From: an uncultured virus (IMG/VR IMGVR_UViG_3300046520_000318)
Lineage: Duplodnaviria > Heunggongvirae > Uroviricota > Caudoviricetes
Length of the DNA stretch: 64,000 nucleotides
Virus record (IMG/VR): IMGVR_UViG_3300046520_000318
Strand: one strand, 5' to 3'
The first letter of the stretch is position 1, and each line of letters starts with the position of its first letter. A program made the position numbers and the translations under genes. The notes under the pieces were generated by a model that worked only from the letters and a program-made list of their open reading frames with translations, did no database searches and was not told the DNA's origin. This document shows positions 8,401 to 17,779 of this stretch, piece by piece.

Positions 8401-8816
8401 TACGCCGCCCTCTGTGCTGCCACAAACGCCTCGGCCTCATACTCTTGTACCGACAACCTGACTATCTGATGCGGCGCCTTTGAGGTGGCGCACATATACA
8501 GGATCTTCTTTAGTCCGGCGTGCTTGGCTCGACTGCCTACCTCGGCCAGCACCTCCTTGAGCTTGGCCGGCGAGTCGTGAATTTCTGCGGCTAGCGCCAT
8601 GATCAGCAGCACGTCCAGCCCATCCAGCGGGCGGCGTTCGGCACGCCACCAGACATGAGAGGCGCCTATTGCACCACGCTCACGAGCAACCTTGCCTTGG
8701 GTTTCAAGCTCAACCAGGTCAGCGCGAACTGCCTGAATGGTCATCCCGGATGATTCGGCCAGCATCTTCGCTGTCATGCCTTCGGGGCGGGTGAGATATC
8801 GCCAGATTGGAGTCAT
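8400..8816 (-). CDS. Winged-HTH domain protein
   Basis: GMTAKMLAESSGMTIQAVRADLVELETQGKV HTH. Confidence 0.65.
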   Translation of the reverse strand: MTPIWRYLTRPEGMTAKMLAESSGMTIQAVRADLVELETQGKVARERGAIGASHVWWRAERRPLDGLDVLLIMALAAEIHDSPAKLKEVLAEVGSRAKHAGLKKILYMCATSKAPHQIVRLSVQEYEAEAFVAAQRAA

Positions 8817-8894
8817 GTTGAATACCGCTTGGAAGTAGGTGTATGTGTTCGGCCCTTCGCCGCGTTCTGGCGGCGAAGTTCGGCTTCATTCGTT

Positions 8895-9353
8895 TCATGC
8901 TGCCCGCGCCTGCTGCCAGACGCCCATCGCTGTAAAAACGGCGTTGGCCTCGGCCTCCGACAAGCTCACGTCGTCCGGTATGGCTATCCACCCTGAGCCG
9001 ATAACGTGTTTCTGGTTGGCTGACGCACAGATCTCGGCGTGCCTCTCGATCATCATCTGCTCGAGCTGCTCCAGGCGGTGCACACCTTCGGTGGTGAACT
9101 CGGTGGCCTTGCTGTACTGCGCGCCGCTGGGCTCTTGGCAGAAAACCGCGATATGCACAGTCCAACGGTGTGCGATGTCGCACAGGGCATCGACAACTGG
9201 CAGGCTGCGGATCTGCTTGCAGTTCTTCCAGTTGAGCATCACCTGCCGGTCTGGCGGTTCAACATCAACCACGGCGGCGTGATTGGTCCGCACCAGGGCG
9301 CGGCGGGCGCGGTCGATTTGAGCTCGTCGGTTGCAGGGCTTGCGCTTGCTCAT
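8895..9353 (-). CDS. Hypothetical phage protein
   Basis: 152-aa ORF in the operon with ATGA coupling. Confidence 0.7.
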   Translation of the reverse strand: MSKRKPCNRRAQIDRARRALVRTNHAAVVDVEPPDRQVMLNWKNCKQIRSLPVVDALCDIAHRWTVHIAVFCQEPSGAQYSKATEFTTEGVHRLEQLEQMMIERHAEICASANQKHVIGSGWIAIPDDVSLSEAEANAVFTAMGVWQQARAA

Positions 9354-9931
9354 GCTGGCATCACCCAGATGTTGCCGCCATTCTTGGGAAAGTCGATTTC
9401 ATACTTGGCGATCAGGCGGTAGAACTTGCCGGTGCCGATCCCCATCCGCTTGATCGTCTGGTGACGGCAGATGCCAAGGTCTCTATAGGCCCTGATTCTT
9501 TCCGCGCAAATCAAATCCTGCGATTCGTCAACCACCTTTGAAGGTGTTTTCGGCTGCGAATCCCTCGGCCTGCCGTGCATGCCTGCGAGAAATCTGAACC
9601 CATGCCGGTACGCGATGCAGTGAAGCTGGTTGGTGGACAGTCGGATTTCCTCCGCCACCTGAACGCAGGTCATTGTTTCAGCCATCACGACGATACGATC
9701 GATCAGTTCCTGAGGATGGCTGCGCGGAGGGCGGCCAAGCTTCTTCTCTTCCTTCGGCCTGGTGACCTTCTGAGGAGCCTCGATGTATTTGGCGACCGGG
9801 CGTGGCTTGCATTCCAAGGGCGGCGCGCTTTCGATCACTCCGCCATGACGCAGGAACTCATCTACCTGTGCATTGAGGATTGCGGATTGGAGGCTGTTGT
9901 ACTGGACCATGCTGATCTCAAGACTGATCAT
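9350..9931 (-). CDS. Hypothetical protein with HTH-like segments
   Basis: GGAG RBS before MISLEIS; MTCVQVAEEIRLS HTH-like. Confidence 0.6.
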   Translation of the reverse strand: MISLEISMVQYNSLQSAILNAQVDEFLRHGGVIESAPPLECKPRPVAKYIEAPQKVTRPKEEKKLGRPPRSHPQELIDRIVVMAETMTCVQVAEEIRLSTNQLHCIAYRHGFRFLAGMHGRPRDSQPKTPSKVVDESQDLICAERIRAYRDLGICRHQTIKRMGIGTGKFYRLIAKYEIDFPKNGGNIWVMPA

Positions 9932-9991
9932 TTCAGGCTCCCGAAATAAAGAGGCCCCAGTTACTGGGGCCATGCCGAAATCGCGGATTGA

Positions 9992-10645
9992 TTAATCGAA
10001 TGGGATGTCGTCCCAGTCGTCAGGCGGTGTTGATTGGTCATGCGCATGGCCGCCATAGCCCGAAGTCTGACCGCCTTTAGGCCGACGATCGATCAGGGGT
10101 TTTGCCATCACTGCCTGAACCATCTTTTCGAGCTTCGCTGGCGTTGTGACCTTCGCCAGGATCTCGCTGGCCGTCTTCTCGCTTTCGGCGGAGAACGGAG
10201 CGTAGATGGTCGGGCGCGGCAGTCCTTTTTCGCTGTTCTTCTCGATCTCCATCTGAATCAGCAGGCCGATAGGTTTGTTCATCAGCAAAGGAAATCCGGA
10301 AACCTGCACCTTTTCGCGCTGCTTGGATTCGTTGTTCCACTTCTCCACGGTGACCTGCGCCGGATCACCCGAACTGTTCAGCTTGAAGCAAGCCAAAATC
10401 GCGCTGACAGTCTGCACGCCGCCGTTGTTGGCCTGCTGTTGTCCATCTTTCAGGTAGCTGGTGTTGATATAGAACTGCGCTTCGCTACCTCCTTCGGTCT
10501 TGAACGTCAGCCCAAGACCTATCGACCCGGTCTGACCATTCACAAGCTCTGCGCGGGTGAATGCCCCGATGTATTTGCCAGCCTCGTCGATAAAGGCCGA
10601 TTTATTGTCAGCAGCGCACGCGGCGTTGCGATCGAGATTGAACAT
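9992..10645 (-). CDS. Putative single-stranded DNA-binding protein (DUF669-like)
   Basis: Acidic C-terminal DDWDDIPFD tail; follows the Sak4-like ATPase. Confidence 0.7.
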   Translation of the reverse strand: MFNLDRNAACAADNKSAFIDEAGKYIGAFTRAELVNGQTGSIGLGLTFKTEGGSEAQFYINTSYLKDGQQQANNGGVQTVSAILACFKLNSSGDPAQVTVEKWNNESKQREKVQVSGFPLLMNKPIGLLIQMEIEKNSEKGLPRPTIYAPFSAESEKTASEILAKVTTPAKLEKMVQAVMAKPLIDRRPKGGQTSGYGGHAHDQSTPPDDWDDIPFD

Positions 10646-10656
10646 TCGTGGGTTCC

Positions 10657-11295
10657 TTATGCAGCCTTGAGGGTGGGGATTTCGTAGTAGGAGCAGATCG
10701 CGGCATCAACTGCAGCCAGGTCGTTGTCGACGAAGGGATCGTCGAACATGCCCATTGGGGCCTTGGTTGTGTCTGAGCCGTTGTTGCGGGTGCTGAAGAG
10801 GTGCTGGCCGTCCTGAACCACAGCCCGAAGCACAATGGTAACCATGCCTTCGAGGGTGATCTTCTCGTCCAGCATCTTGCCGATCGTCTTCATCTTCACC
10901 TGGCCGGAATCGGTTTCCTCGGTATGGCTGAGGATGTAGACGCGAACGTCTTCGGGCAGCCGAAGGAGGGCCTCGAAAATGTTCCAGGTGTGCCGGCCGA
11001 TTTCGGTGAATTTATCGAACCCCTTTTCCTCACTACGACGCATGAACTCGTTGGCGAGGATGTACTGGAAGTCGTCGATGACGATGACCTTGCGTCCGGC
11101 CTTGTCTGCCGCTTGGGCGCGGGCGATGACGTGCTGCCAGTTGTCGGTGACGTAGGGCTTCCACGCCTTCGCCTCGCGAAATGGCAGAGGCTTGGGGATC
11201 ACTTGGATGAGCGCGGAAAGGGAAGGGCTCAGGCTGCGCAGTGAAGAGCTTTTGCCACTGCCTGATTTGCCCAGGATTAGCGTTACGGTTGCCAT
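10657..11295 (-). CDS. AAA ATPase, Sak4-like recombinase
   Basis: Walker A GKSGSGKS, Walker B IVIDD, ILSH; adjacent to SSB-like gene. Confidence 0.82.
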   Translation of the reverse strand: MATVTLILGKSGSGKSSSLRSLSPSLSALIQVIPKPLPFREAKAWKPYVTDNWQHVIARAQAADKAGRKVIVIDDFQYILANEFMRRSEEKGFDKFTEIGRHTWNIFEALLRLPEDVRVYILSHTEETDSGQVKMKTIGKMLDEKITLEGMVTIVLRAVVQDGQHLFSTRNNGSDTTKAPMGMFDDPFVDNDLAAVDAAICSYYEIPTLKAA

Positions 11296-11305
11296 GTCGT
11301 TGGCC

Positions 11306-11446
11306 TCAGTGGTGACTGTCAAATTCCCGCTCAATCTTGCGGGCTTCATCTTCGTATTCTTTGCGGTCGCCGCCGGTGAACTGCTCAGGCGTGAACGAGC
11401 CGACCGTTGCCCAGTCAAGGTGGGCGGCCATGCGTGGCGTACTCAT
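11306..11446 (-). CDS. Small hypothetical protein (46 aa, MSTPRMAAHLDW...)
   Basis: Read by hand; fills the gap with ATGA coupling. Confidence 0.55.
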   Translation of the reverse strand: MSTPRMAAHLDWATVGSFTPEQFTGGDRKEYEDEARKIEREFDSHH

Positions 11447-12630
11447 AGTGGCTCGCCGGTAAGTTGCTCCCCCATCGAAACCAAGGCATCGAAAAGAAAG
11501 TTCTGCATGGCGTAGGATTCATCACGCAGCTTGTGGCGCAGATGAATGAATTCTTCAATCAGCGTTCCGCAAAGCATCTTTGTTCCCATCATCAGCGTGC
11601 GTTTGCTGATGAAGATTCGCTCGTTATGGGCACGACCAAGCACTTCCTCTCCGAGGAACTCGGTGACGATGATCGGGAACTCGTCGACGTTGTAGCCAAT
11701 CCGGCGACAAAAGCTGATCGCCTTGTCCATGCGCATCTGGTCAACACTGTTCAGCGGCATTTGCTCAACATCAGCAAGCGAATCGAGCAGGTTCCCGCGA
11801 CAGGCAGTGACGGCGGTATGGTTCAGGTCTTTGGTAAAGGTCTTCGCCAGAACCCGAACCACTGTTGCGAACTCTTCACTTGGCGAGGTGCTGGAAAAGT
11901 CGATAGAGCGCTCGTATAGCCCGTCACCAGCCGTCACCACCTTGGATATGGCGTGCTTGTCAGTTAGGCGACTCAGTCCCTGACGAACGTAATGATCGGC
12001 GTAGAACGAATGCTTGATCGTCCGATCTTCCGTCAGGTCCAGCGATGACTTGATGTTGTAGGTGTACATCGACGGGCTGGAAAGCCTGAGCGCTCTAATC
12101 CCCTTGTAGAACACGTACTCGGATGCTCCGGCGTGCATGTCCAGGCCGTCTAGGCTATGTAGCGGCTCAGAGCCGAGGATGATCTCGTTCCGGTTCACCC
12201 ATGCGTCGTGAAATTCTTTGCTGTTGACGATGATTAGCGTCTCGTTTTCGGACGGCTCAGGGGTTTCAGATGCCTGGAAGCATTCGCCGCTCTCGTCGAG
12301 GGTGTTGCAGTAGATCTCGCGGAAGGCCTGCCACATTTCCCAGGTTTTGCCGACTTCGGTTGTAAACCCCAGTGGTTGATCATTCATCGTTACGAAGGTG
12401 AATTCGTCGACGCGAATCTTCTCCTTGCGGGTGCCAAAGACCATTTTGTCGAAGCCGGCGTAGATCGTGATCGACCCACCGTGACGCAGAATGATTGAAA
12501 TTGCGTATTTCAAACCGGTCCCGAAAAAGCCGATTGCGCCGTCACCTTCCTTGGAGGAAACGCCGAATGTGGTGATGCTTTTCGGGTCGATAACGCCTTT
12601 GTTGCGGAAGGCGATCATATTTTTCGACAT
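11443..12630 (-). CDS. GHKL/HATPase-like N-terminal domain protein with C-terminal zincin-like segment
   Basis: FGVSSK...IGFFGTGLKYA GHKL lid motif; AFREIYCNTLDE; C-terminal TLIEEFIH. Confidence 0.62.
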   Translation of the reverse strand: MSKNMIAFRNKGVIDPKSITTFGVSSKEGDGAIGFFGTGLKYAISIILRHGGSITIYAGFDKMVFGTRKEKIRVDEFTFVTMNDQPLGFTTEVGKTWEMWQAFREIYCNTLDESGECFQASETPEPSENETLIIVNSKEFHDAWVNRNEIILGSEPLHSLDGLDMHAGASEYVFYKGIRALRLSSPSMYTYNIKSSLDLTEDRTIKHSFYADHYVRQGLSRLTDKHAISKVVTAGDGLYERSIDFSSTSPSEEFATVVRVLAKTFTKDLNHTAVTACRGNLLDSLADVEQMPLNSVDQMRMDKAISFCRRIGYNVDEFPIIVTEFLGEEVLGRAHNERIFISKRTLMMGTKMLCGTLIEEFIHLRHKLRDESYAMQNFLFDALVSMGEQLTGEPL

Positions 12631-12998
12631 GCGAATGTCTCCCGCGCCGTCCGTGTGCCGGGGCGCTGCTATTGAATGGGGTAGGGGTCTCTTAGCTTTG
12701 CTAAGAAGCTGATAAGCAGCTATTGGGTTATGCGGTCAGCGAGGCGCTGAGCAGCATCAGGCAGGTACAGAAGAGAAGAGTAACGGCAGATCCGCGCCAG
12801 TACGCGGCTCGGCGGGCTTGCTGACGGGTTATGGACATGGCTTCGGCCTTGCAATTGGGCGGCGCTTTAGCCAGTCCGCCTTCATGGGAAATGGCAGGTC
12901 GGCTACACGCATGCCTGGCGGGAAGCTGAACGTTCCGCGAACACGGGCTGTCGCCTCTTCAACTTGCTCATCCACAATCGATTTAACTGGTGAAGTCG

Positions 12999-13226
12999 TC
13001 ATACCGAACCTCCTTGCTTGGCGAGTACTGCTTCCATCTGACCCATGGCGATGCGGAGTCGGCCGGGCAGCGCAGCCAGACGCCGCGCTTCTGCCGCCTT
13101 GCGCCTCTCTTGAAGCGGGTCAGGCCCATAGTCGAACCAGTTGTCCACCGGCCCGCTTTCCGCTGCACCCGACATCCGCTCATCGAGCGCCCTGGCCTGC
13201 GCACTGTCCGCATAACTGGTGTTCAC
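12999..13226 (-). CDS. Small early-left hypothetical protein
   Basis: ORF coupled with neighbours in the pL operon. Confidence 0.5.
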   Translation of the reverse strand: MNTSYADSAQARALDERMSGAAESGPVDNWFDYGPDPLQERRKAAEARRLAALPGRLRIAMGQMEAVLAKQGGSV

Positions 13227-13453
13227 GATGCGATGCTCAGGCGGCCGTGAGTGCGGGTGCGAACCTCGTGTTCCACCTGGGCAATCTGCCTGAACAGTTC
13301 GGAGTAGCGCTCGGGGCTGATGACGTTGCCTTCCAGCAAGCCTTCAATCCAGCCGCGCGCTTGGGCAATGAGCTCACGGGCGATCACCTCGAAGTCAGGG
13401 TTCAACGCCCGGGCGATCAGGTTTTCAAAGCGTTTACGTTGAAATGCGTCCAT
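13223..13453 (-). CDS. Small early-left hypothetical protein
   Basis: GGAGG RBS before MDAFQRK. Confidence 0.6.
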   Translation of the reverse strand: MDAFQRKRFENLIARALNPDFEVIARELIAQARGWIEGLLEGNVISPERYSELFRQIAQVEHEVRTRTHGRLSIAS

Positions 13454-13646
13454 GTCGCCTCCGTAGGCGCTGTTCAACCGCATCGATCAGATGCCCGCGC
13501 AGGTGACCAAGCCCGTGCCGTGAAGCACGCGGGCACCTGTCGATGCGGTCGTTGTGGGGTAGGGGGTGATGCAGGGGGCCGCGTTGCGCGGTGCAGAAGT
13601 CTTCCGCATCCCACTGCGCACTCTGTGAATGCGCAGGAGTGATGGT

Positions 13647-13856
13647 TCAGTGACGAAGCGTGCCGCGCCCGAATGGCTTGAAGCAGCAGGCGCATACCGC
13701 AACGCCAGTTTCCTGTTCAATCTCCAGGCTCCGAGCAGCGCGACGATAGGCATTCCCGGAAATACCTGCTCGCTCTGCTTCCTCGGCAACCTTATGCCAC
13801 TGCTCGATTGCTGGATTAGGTGTCGCGGTAGATTTCAGTTCGATCTCCATCTGCAT
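13647..13856 (-). CDS. Small early-left protein with C-terminal CxxC
   Basis: GGAGG RBS before MQMEIELK. Confidence 0.55.
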   Translation of the reverse strand: MQMEIELKSTATPNPAIEQWHKVAEEAERAGISGNAYRRAARSLEIEQETGVAVCACCFKPFGRGTLRH

Positions 13857-14174
13857 ACTTTTGCCTCCGTTGATTTCCAATGCCGCCTCATAGAAGCGGC
13901 ATCAGTAAATCTGTGGCGCCGCGACCCGCTACTGGCGTCGGTCGCTGGCTTGAATCTGATGTCGTGTCTCACCATCGCGACGGCATGCCGGGCACAACAG
14001 CTCAACAGGTATTCCAGGCCGGTGTTACTCGCCACCTCCGGCTGGGCGAACTTCTTTCCATACGTTTTCGGTTTGGGCTTCCAGTGCTCATCAGATACGG
14101 CGCATCAAGGTGGGAATCGCCCACGCCCGGTGCGTCAGTCCTTTTGCTGGCTGGAAGCCTTTCAACGGTTTGGT

Positions 14175-14186
14175 TGTTAAAGAGCG
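14175..14186 (-). promoter_or_regulatory. boxA antitermination element (nutL-like)
   Basis: CGCTCTTTAACA on the minus strand, ~50 nt downstream of the predicted pL. Confidence 0.8.
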
Positions 14187-14238
14187 GCGGGTCTCTTGAG
14201 GCCCTGTCGCACCGTTGGTTTGTCGCTGCGATGGGTGA

Positions 14239-14280
14239 ACAATAAGCCAATGCCTAATTCGTGTAAATAGGTAATGCCTA
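14239..14280 (-). promoter_or_regulatory. pL promoter with two repressor operators (OL)
   Basis: Minus strand TTTACA-N17-TATTGT; operators AAGCCAATGCCTA (14244-14256) and TAGGTAATGCCTA (14268-14280) match the palindrome TAGGCAnTGCCTA. Confidence 0.8.
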
Positions 14281-14363
14281 ACTATTTTCAAATTTCTTTC
14301 TCACCGTGGAATCGGTCGGGGAGGGATTGCATTTCCAAATTCAGACGTTAAGCTTCGCCTAAC

Positions 14364-14379
14364 CTGTATGGATATACAG
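14364..14379. promoter_or_regulatory. LexA (SOS) box
   Basis: CTGTATGGATATACAG = CTGT-N8-ACAG, 21 nt upstream of the DUF1654 gene. Confidence 0.85.
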
Positions 14380-14400
14380 CATTCGCTAAGGAGGTGTTTT

Positions 14401-14718
14401 ATGGCGCAGCAGGGCAATAAGAAGAGTTCGGGACAGGCGACAATCAGCCCAATGGAGCGGCTTACCATGCGCGTGTCGTCGATGATCAATCACCCGATCG
14501 CCCAGGAAAGGCGGGAGGTCAGGATTCATCGGCTGGATACGGACGGGGAGAGGGAGTGGAACGAGATCGTGAATGCGATCTCAGAAGCAGACGGGATCAA
14601 CCTTACGCACAATCACGAAGATGCATCGATCACGTTAAGGTGGGAGCCGTCAGAAGATGACGAAAAGCCCGTCCAGGCAGCTGACCCATTTGAATCAGAG
14701 GAGCCGGCGCCTTTCTAA
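14401..14718 (+). CDS. DUF1654-family SOS-controlled protein
   Basis: ERLTMRVSSMINHPIAQ...IHRLDTD...W pattern; AAGGAGG RBS. Confidence 0.75.
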   Translation: MAQQGNKKSSGQATISPMERLTMRVSSMINHPIAQERREVRIHRLDTDGEREWNEIVNAISEADGINLTHNHEDASITLRWEPSEDDEKPVQAADPFESEEPAPF

Positions 14719-14724
14719 CAGGCA

Positions 14725-14752
14725 CAAAAAAGCCCGCTCGTAGGGCGGGCAT
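14725..14752. terminator. Intrinsic terminator between convergent genes
   Basis: AAAAAA-GCCCGC-loop-GCGGGC hairpin. Confidence 0.7.
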
Positions 14753-14770
14753 TCTGATACTCGAAACAGG

Positions 14771-15034
14771 TTAGGGCTTATAGTGCGGGCCGCGCTTCAA
14801 TTTGGCTACAAACTCAGTTAGTCGAGGGTTATGTTCCGCATAGCCACCGAAGTCGCCGGGCGCGAATGACCACTGATTGCCATCCCAGATGACGTCACTG
14901 TTGGTAGGCTTATCCGGGTGAGAAACGACCATGCAGTCGCAGATCGTAGAGTCTTGATGCACCATTGCTACCACGCAAGCTGTGTGACCCACATATATCC
15001 AGTCACCAACCTTAATTTCCGGGCGGTCCGTCAT
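14771..15034 (-). CDS. Hypothetical immunity-region protein downstream of cI
   Basis: 87-aa ORF with AGGAG RBS. Confidence 0.6.
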   Translation of the reverse strand: MTDRPEIKVGDWIYVGHTACVVAMVHQDSTICDCMVVSHPDKPTNSDVIWDGNQWSFAPGDFGGYAEHNPRLTEFVAKLKRGPHYKP

Positions 15035-15216
15035 GATCGAGTTAACTCCTAAAGAACGCGTTTTTTCAAGCTTGAGATTTGTTCAGGAGATTCTCGAATC
15101 GGGCGAAAACCTTGAGGCGCGCCGGTACGAAATCACCCGCAGCATAAGAAATTGCATCTCCTGGGAATCCGAACTGACGGACAAGCCAGGTCTGGATGAG
15201 CCGATAGAGAAATGAA

Positions 15217-16074
15217 TCAAACCAGATTGCCATTCCACACGAACAACACGCGCGCCTGGATGTAGGTCTCGTCAATGAAAATGTCCTCGGCCTTGTGCTT
15301 CCGGTTGTCCGAGATCATCTTGAATTTGTCCTTTCCCTTCATCTGCAGGCGCTTGATGTACTGAAAGCCGCCGTACGAAAAGTAGTAGATCCCATCACCT
15401 ACGAATTCCTTGATGCTGATGTCAACCAGGCAGGGGTCGCCATGCTTGATCGTCGGCGTCATTGATTGACCCCAGCCAGTGACCATTTTTAAGTGGTAGT
15501 GCTCTCTGAACTCGACGCCCATTGAGCGGAGTTGAGAGGGGCTGATGCGGACGTCCTGCAGCAATTCGGGGTAGTCGTGGACCACCTCGCCGCCGCCCAG
15601 GGCGCCGCGCACGTCATAGTGCGCAATCCATACCTCGTCGCCAACCTTGCCCATCCCAGGCTTGTAGGCGTCATTCACCAGCACTTCGATAGTGCCTTCC
15701 TGCTCATTGCCTTCAGCAACCGCCAGTATTTTCTGAAGCCGGTCATCACCTAATGCCTTGCCAGCCAGCATTTCCCGGATCTTGTCGGCAGCCGTCGTAA
15801 CAGCCTCGCTCTTTGTTGGAGAGGGCTTTGCTTCGGCGGCGCTGTGATGTTCATAAGTGAAGCCAGGGGGCATCCCCCAGTGGTCGGGGCCAACAACGTC
15901 TGAAAAATAGGCGATGACGTCCATAAGTTTGGACTTGTCGATCCTGCCGTTTTTCACCCAGCCCTGTATCGACGGAGGCTTCACTGAGAAGTCGTCTGCG
16001 AGTTGTTTCTTTGATACGCCCTTGGCGATCCGCGCTGCCTCGATGGCAGCACCTAAATCCGGTCCGGTAAGCAT
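15217..16074 (-). CDS. cI: CI-like repressor (HTH + S24 peptidase)
   Basis: N-terminal HTH; SMTPTI catalytic Ser and IKRLQ Lys; divergent from cro. Confidence 0.92.
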   Translation of the reverse strand: MLTGPDLGAAIEAARIAKGVSKKQLADDFSVKPPSIQGWVKNGRIDKSKLMDVIAYFSDVVGPDHWGMPPGFTYEHHSAAEAKPSPTKSEAVTTAADKIREMLAGKALGDDRLQKILAVAEGNEQEGTIEVLVNDAYKPGMGKVGDEVWIAHYDVRGALGGGEVVHDYPELLQDVRISPSQLRSMGVEFREHYHLKMVTGWGQSMTPTIKHGDPCLVDISIKEFVGDGIYYFSYGGFQYIKRLQMKGKDKFKMISDNRKHKAEDIFIDETYIQARVLFVWNGNLV

Positions 16075-16141
16075 TGCCTAATTTAGCCTTTTCACGAGTT
16101 GGTTAGGCAATGGCTTGTGTTTCGATAAGGTAATGCCTTAT
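16068..16141. promoter_or_regulatory. OR operators (three) and pR region
   Basis: TAAGCATTGCCTA (16068-80, overlaps the cI start codon), TAGGCAATGGCTT (16104-16) and AAGGTAATGCCTT (16127-39); same consensus as OL. Confidence 0.8.
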
Positions 16142-16171
16142 ATTCATCTCGAAATCTCCAGGAGAGAACTC

Positions 16172-16420
16172 ATGAAATCAGCAGAAGCAGCCAAAGAAGC
16201 ATCCCGCTTGCTCGGCAGCCAAGCGGAAATGGCGCGCCGCCTGCGGGTTAAGGCGCCCACCGTCAACCAGTGGTGTTCCGGAGAGCGCGCTGTTCCTGCC
16301 AAGCGCGCGATCGAAATCGAGGCATTGACCGGAGGCGCAGTTGACCGCGCCGACCTCTGCCCATCGTTCCCCTGGTCGCAGATCCAGTCTGCGGCCACCC
16401 AAACACTTTCTGCCGCCTAA
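16172..16420 (+). CDS. cro: Cro/YdaS-like transcriptional regulator
   Basis: GSQAEMARRLRVKAPTVNQW...IEALTGGAV...LCP; AGGAG RBS. Confidence 0.88.
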   Translation: MKSAEAAKEASRLLGSQAEMARRLRVKAPTVNQWCSGERAVPAKRAIEIEALTGGAVDRADLCPSFPWSQIQSAATQTLSAA

Positions 16421-16449
16421 CCAATTTCCAATCACACAAGGAAACACAG

Positions 16450-16641
16450 ATGTCGTACTTCGCCCCTGACCACCTGCATGACAAACCAACGAAGGTTCGC
16501 CTCGACGAGGTGGCCGACGATCTGCTGACCGCAATGGCCAGATATCAACGCACGCAAAAAGCCGTTTTGGCCCGCGAGATTCTTGAGCGTGGACTGAACC
16601 AGATGATGGAAGAGCTTAACGCAAAGACTGATGTGGCCTGA
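16450..16641 (+). CDS. Small ribbon-helix-helix-like regulator
   Basis: TKVRLDE...KAVLAREILE; cII position. Confidence 0.6.
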   Translation: MSYFAPDHLHDKPTKVRLDEVADDLLTAMARYQRTQKAVLAREILERGLNQMMEELNAKTDVA

Positions 16642-16659
16642 AGTCGCCGAGGAGGCCCT

Positions 16660-16851
16660 GTGCCTGAAAGAAAAGAGCTGGAAGTCCAGCTTGACGGGAT
16701 CGGAGTCAGCCACCTGGAGCTGCTCGCCGAGCGTGAGGGAATCACCCCCGAAGAGTTGGCCGCAAAAATCATAAACAAGCATTTGGACCGAATGTCCCGA
16801 CCGCCTCCCAGCCGGAGCAACGTCAGGTCGCTAGGGAGAAGGGCTGATTAG
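16660..16851 (+). CDS. Small regulator-like hypothetical protein
   Basis: GAGGAGG RBS, GTG start. Confidence 0.55.
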   Translation: MPERKELEVQLDGIGVSHLELLAEREGITPEELAAKIINKHLDRMSRPPPSRSNVRSLGRRAD

Positions 16852-16973
16852 CCCCTCAGGGACTATTGAGGAACTGCCAATGAAAAACCCAACCACCAAA
16901 TCGCAGACACAAAAAAACCACCGGCCAGGGTGGTTTTCAGTGCAGCAATTTCAAATCAGTTCTGGAGCGAATA

Positions 16974-17777
16974 ATGCGCACTCAGCACAGTAATGTCAAT
17001 CCCGCATCAATTCACGCCGCGCCACGTTTTGTCATCTCGGAAAACGTGGCGCTCACGGATGTTGTACATGTTGGTGGCGTGACTATCCGTCGTGACGAGG
17101 AGGGGCGCTACTCACTGAACGACCTTCATCGTTCAGCGATGGAAAATCGCAAAGCCACCGAAAGCCAGCGGCCGGGCAACTTCCTGAAAGCTGATTCCAT
17201 ATCAGCCTTTATCAAGGCGCTGGAAACTGCTACGAAAATAGCAGTTTGCGTAAAGCTCCCTGGACGCTCTGGCGGCACTTTCGCTGATGAGCTGATCGCC
17301 ATTCGCTACGCCGCTTGGATCGATCCAGCTTTCGAGGTCGATGTCTACCGTACCTTCCAGTCGGCCAAGCGCTCTGCCGCCGAAAGCGTGCGCGATGGCG
17401 TTGACCGAGCCATGTCGCGCGAGCGTGCGCGTCTCGAAGCACCAGCGCTTACCGACGCCATCAAGCACGGTCGCCTTGCTGCTGGAAAAGAGATCAAGCA
17501 TTACCACTTCAGCAACGAGTTCGACCTGATCAACCGCATTGCCCTGGGCATGCCGTCGAAGGCGTATCGCGCTGCGCACTGCATCGGTCCGACCGAGGCT
17601 ATCCGTGACCATCTGACTCCTTGCGAGATTCGCTGCATTGAGCACCTGCAGCGAGTCAATGCATCACTGATCGACGTGGGCATGGACTACGAGTCACGCA
17701 AGGAAAAGCTCAGCCAGATCTACATCCAGCGTCACAGCCGGGCTCTTCTTTCCGAAATCAAGCGCCTGGAGTTCTGA
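16974..17777 (+). CDS. KilA-N domain DNA-binding / antirepressor-like protein
   Basis: IRRDEEGRYSLNDLH...GGTF...YAAWIDPAFEV.VY KilA-N signature. Confidence 0.85.
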   Translation: MRTQHSNVNPASIHAAPRFVISENVALTDVVHVGGVTIRRDEEGRYSLNDLHRSAMENRKATESQRPGNFLKADSISAFIKALETATKIAVCVKLPGRSGGTFADELIAIRYAAWIDPAFEVDVYRTFQSAKRSAAESVRDGVDRAMSRERARLEAPALTDAIKHGRLAAGKEIKHYHFSNEFDLINRIALGMPSKAYRAAHCIGPTEAIRDHLTPCEIRCIEHLQRVNASLIDVGMDYESRKEKLSQIYIQRHSRALLSEIKRLEF

Positions 17778-17779
17778 CC

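Noticed and set aside
12818..14180. Long plus-strand ORFs (274 aa and 183 aa)
   Set aside because: They overlap RBS-bearing minus-strand small genes and hairpins of the pL operon and have no recognisable motifs.
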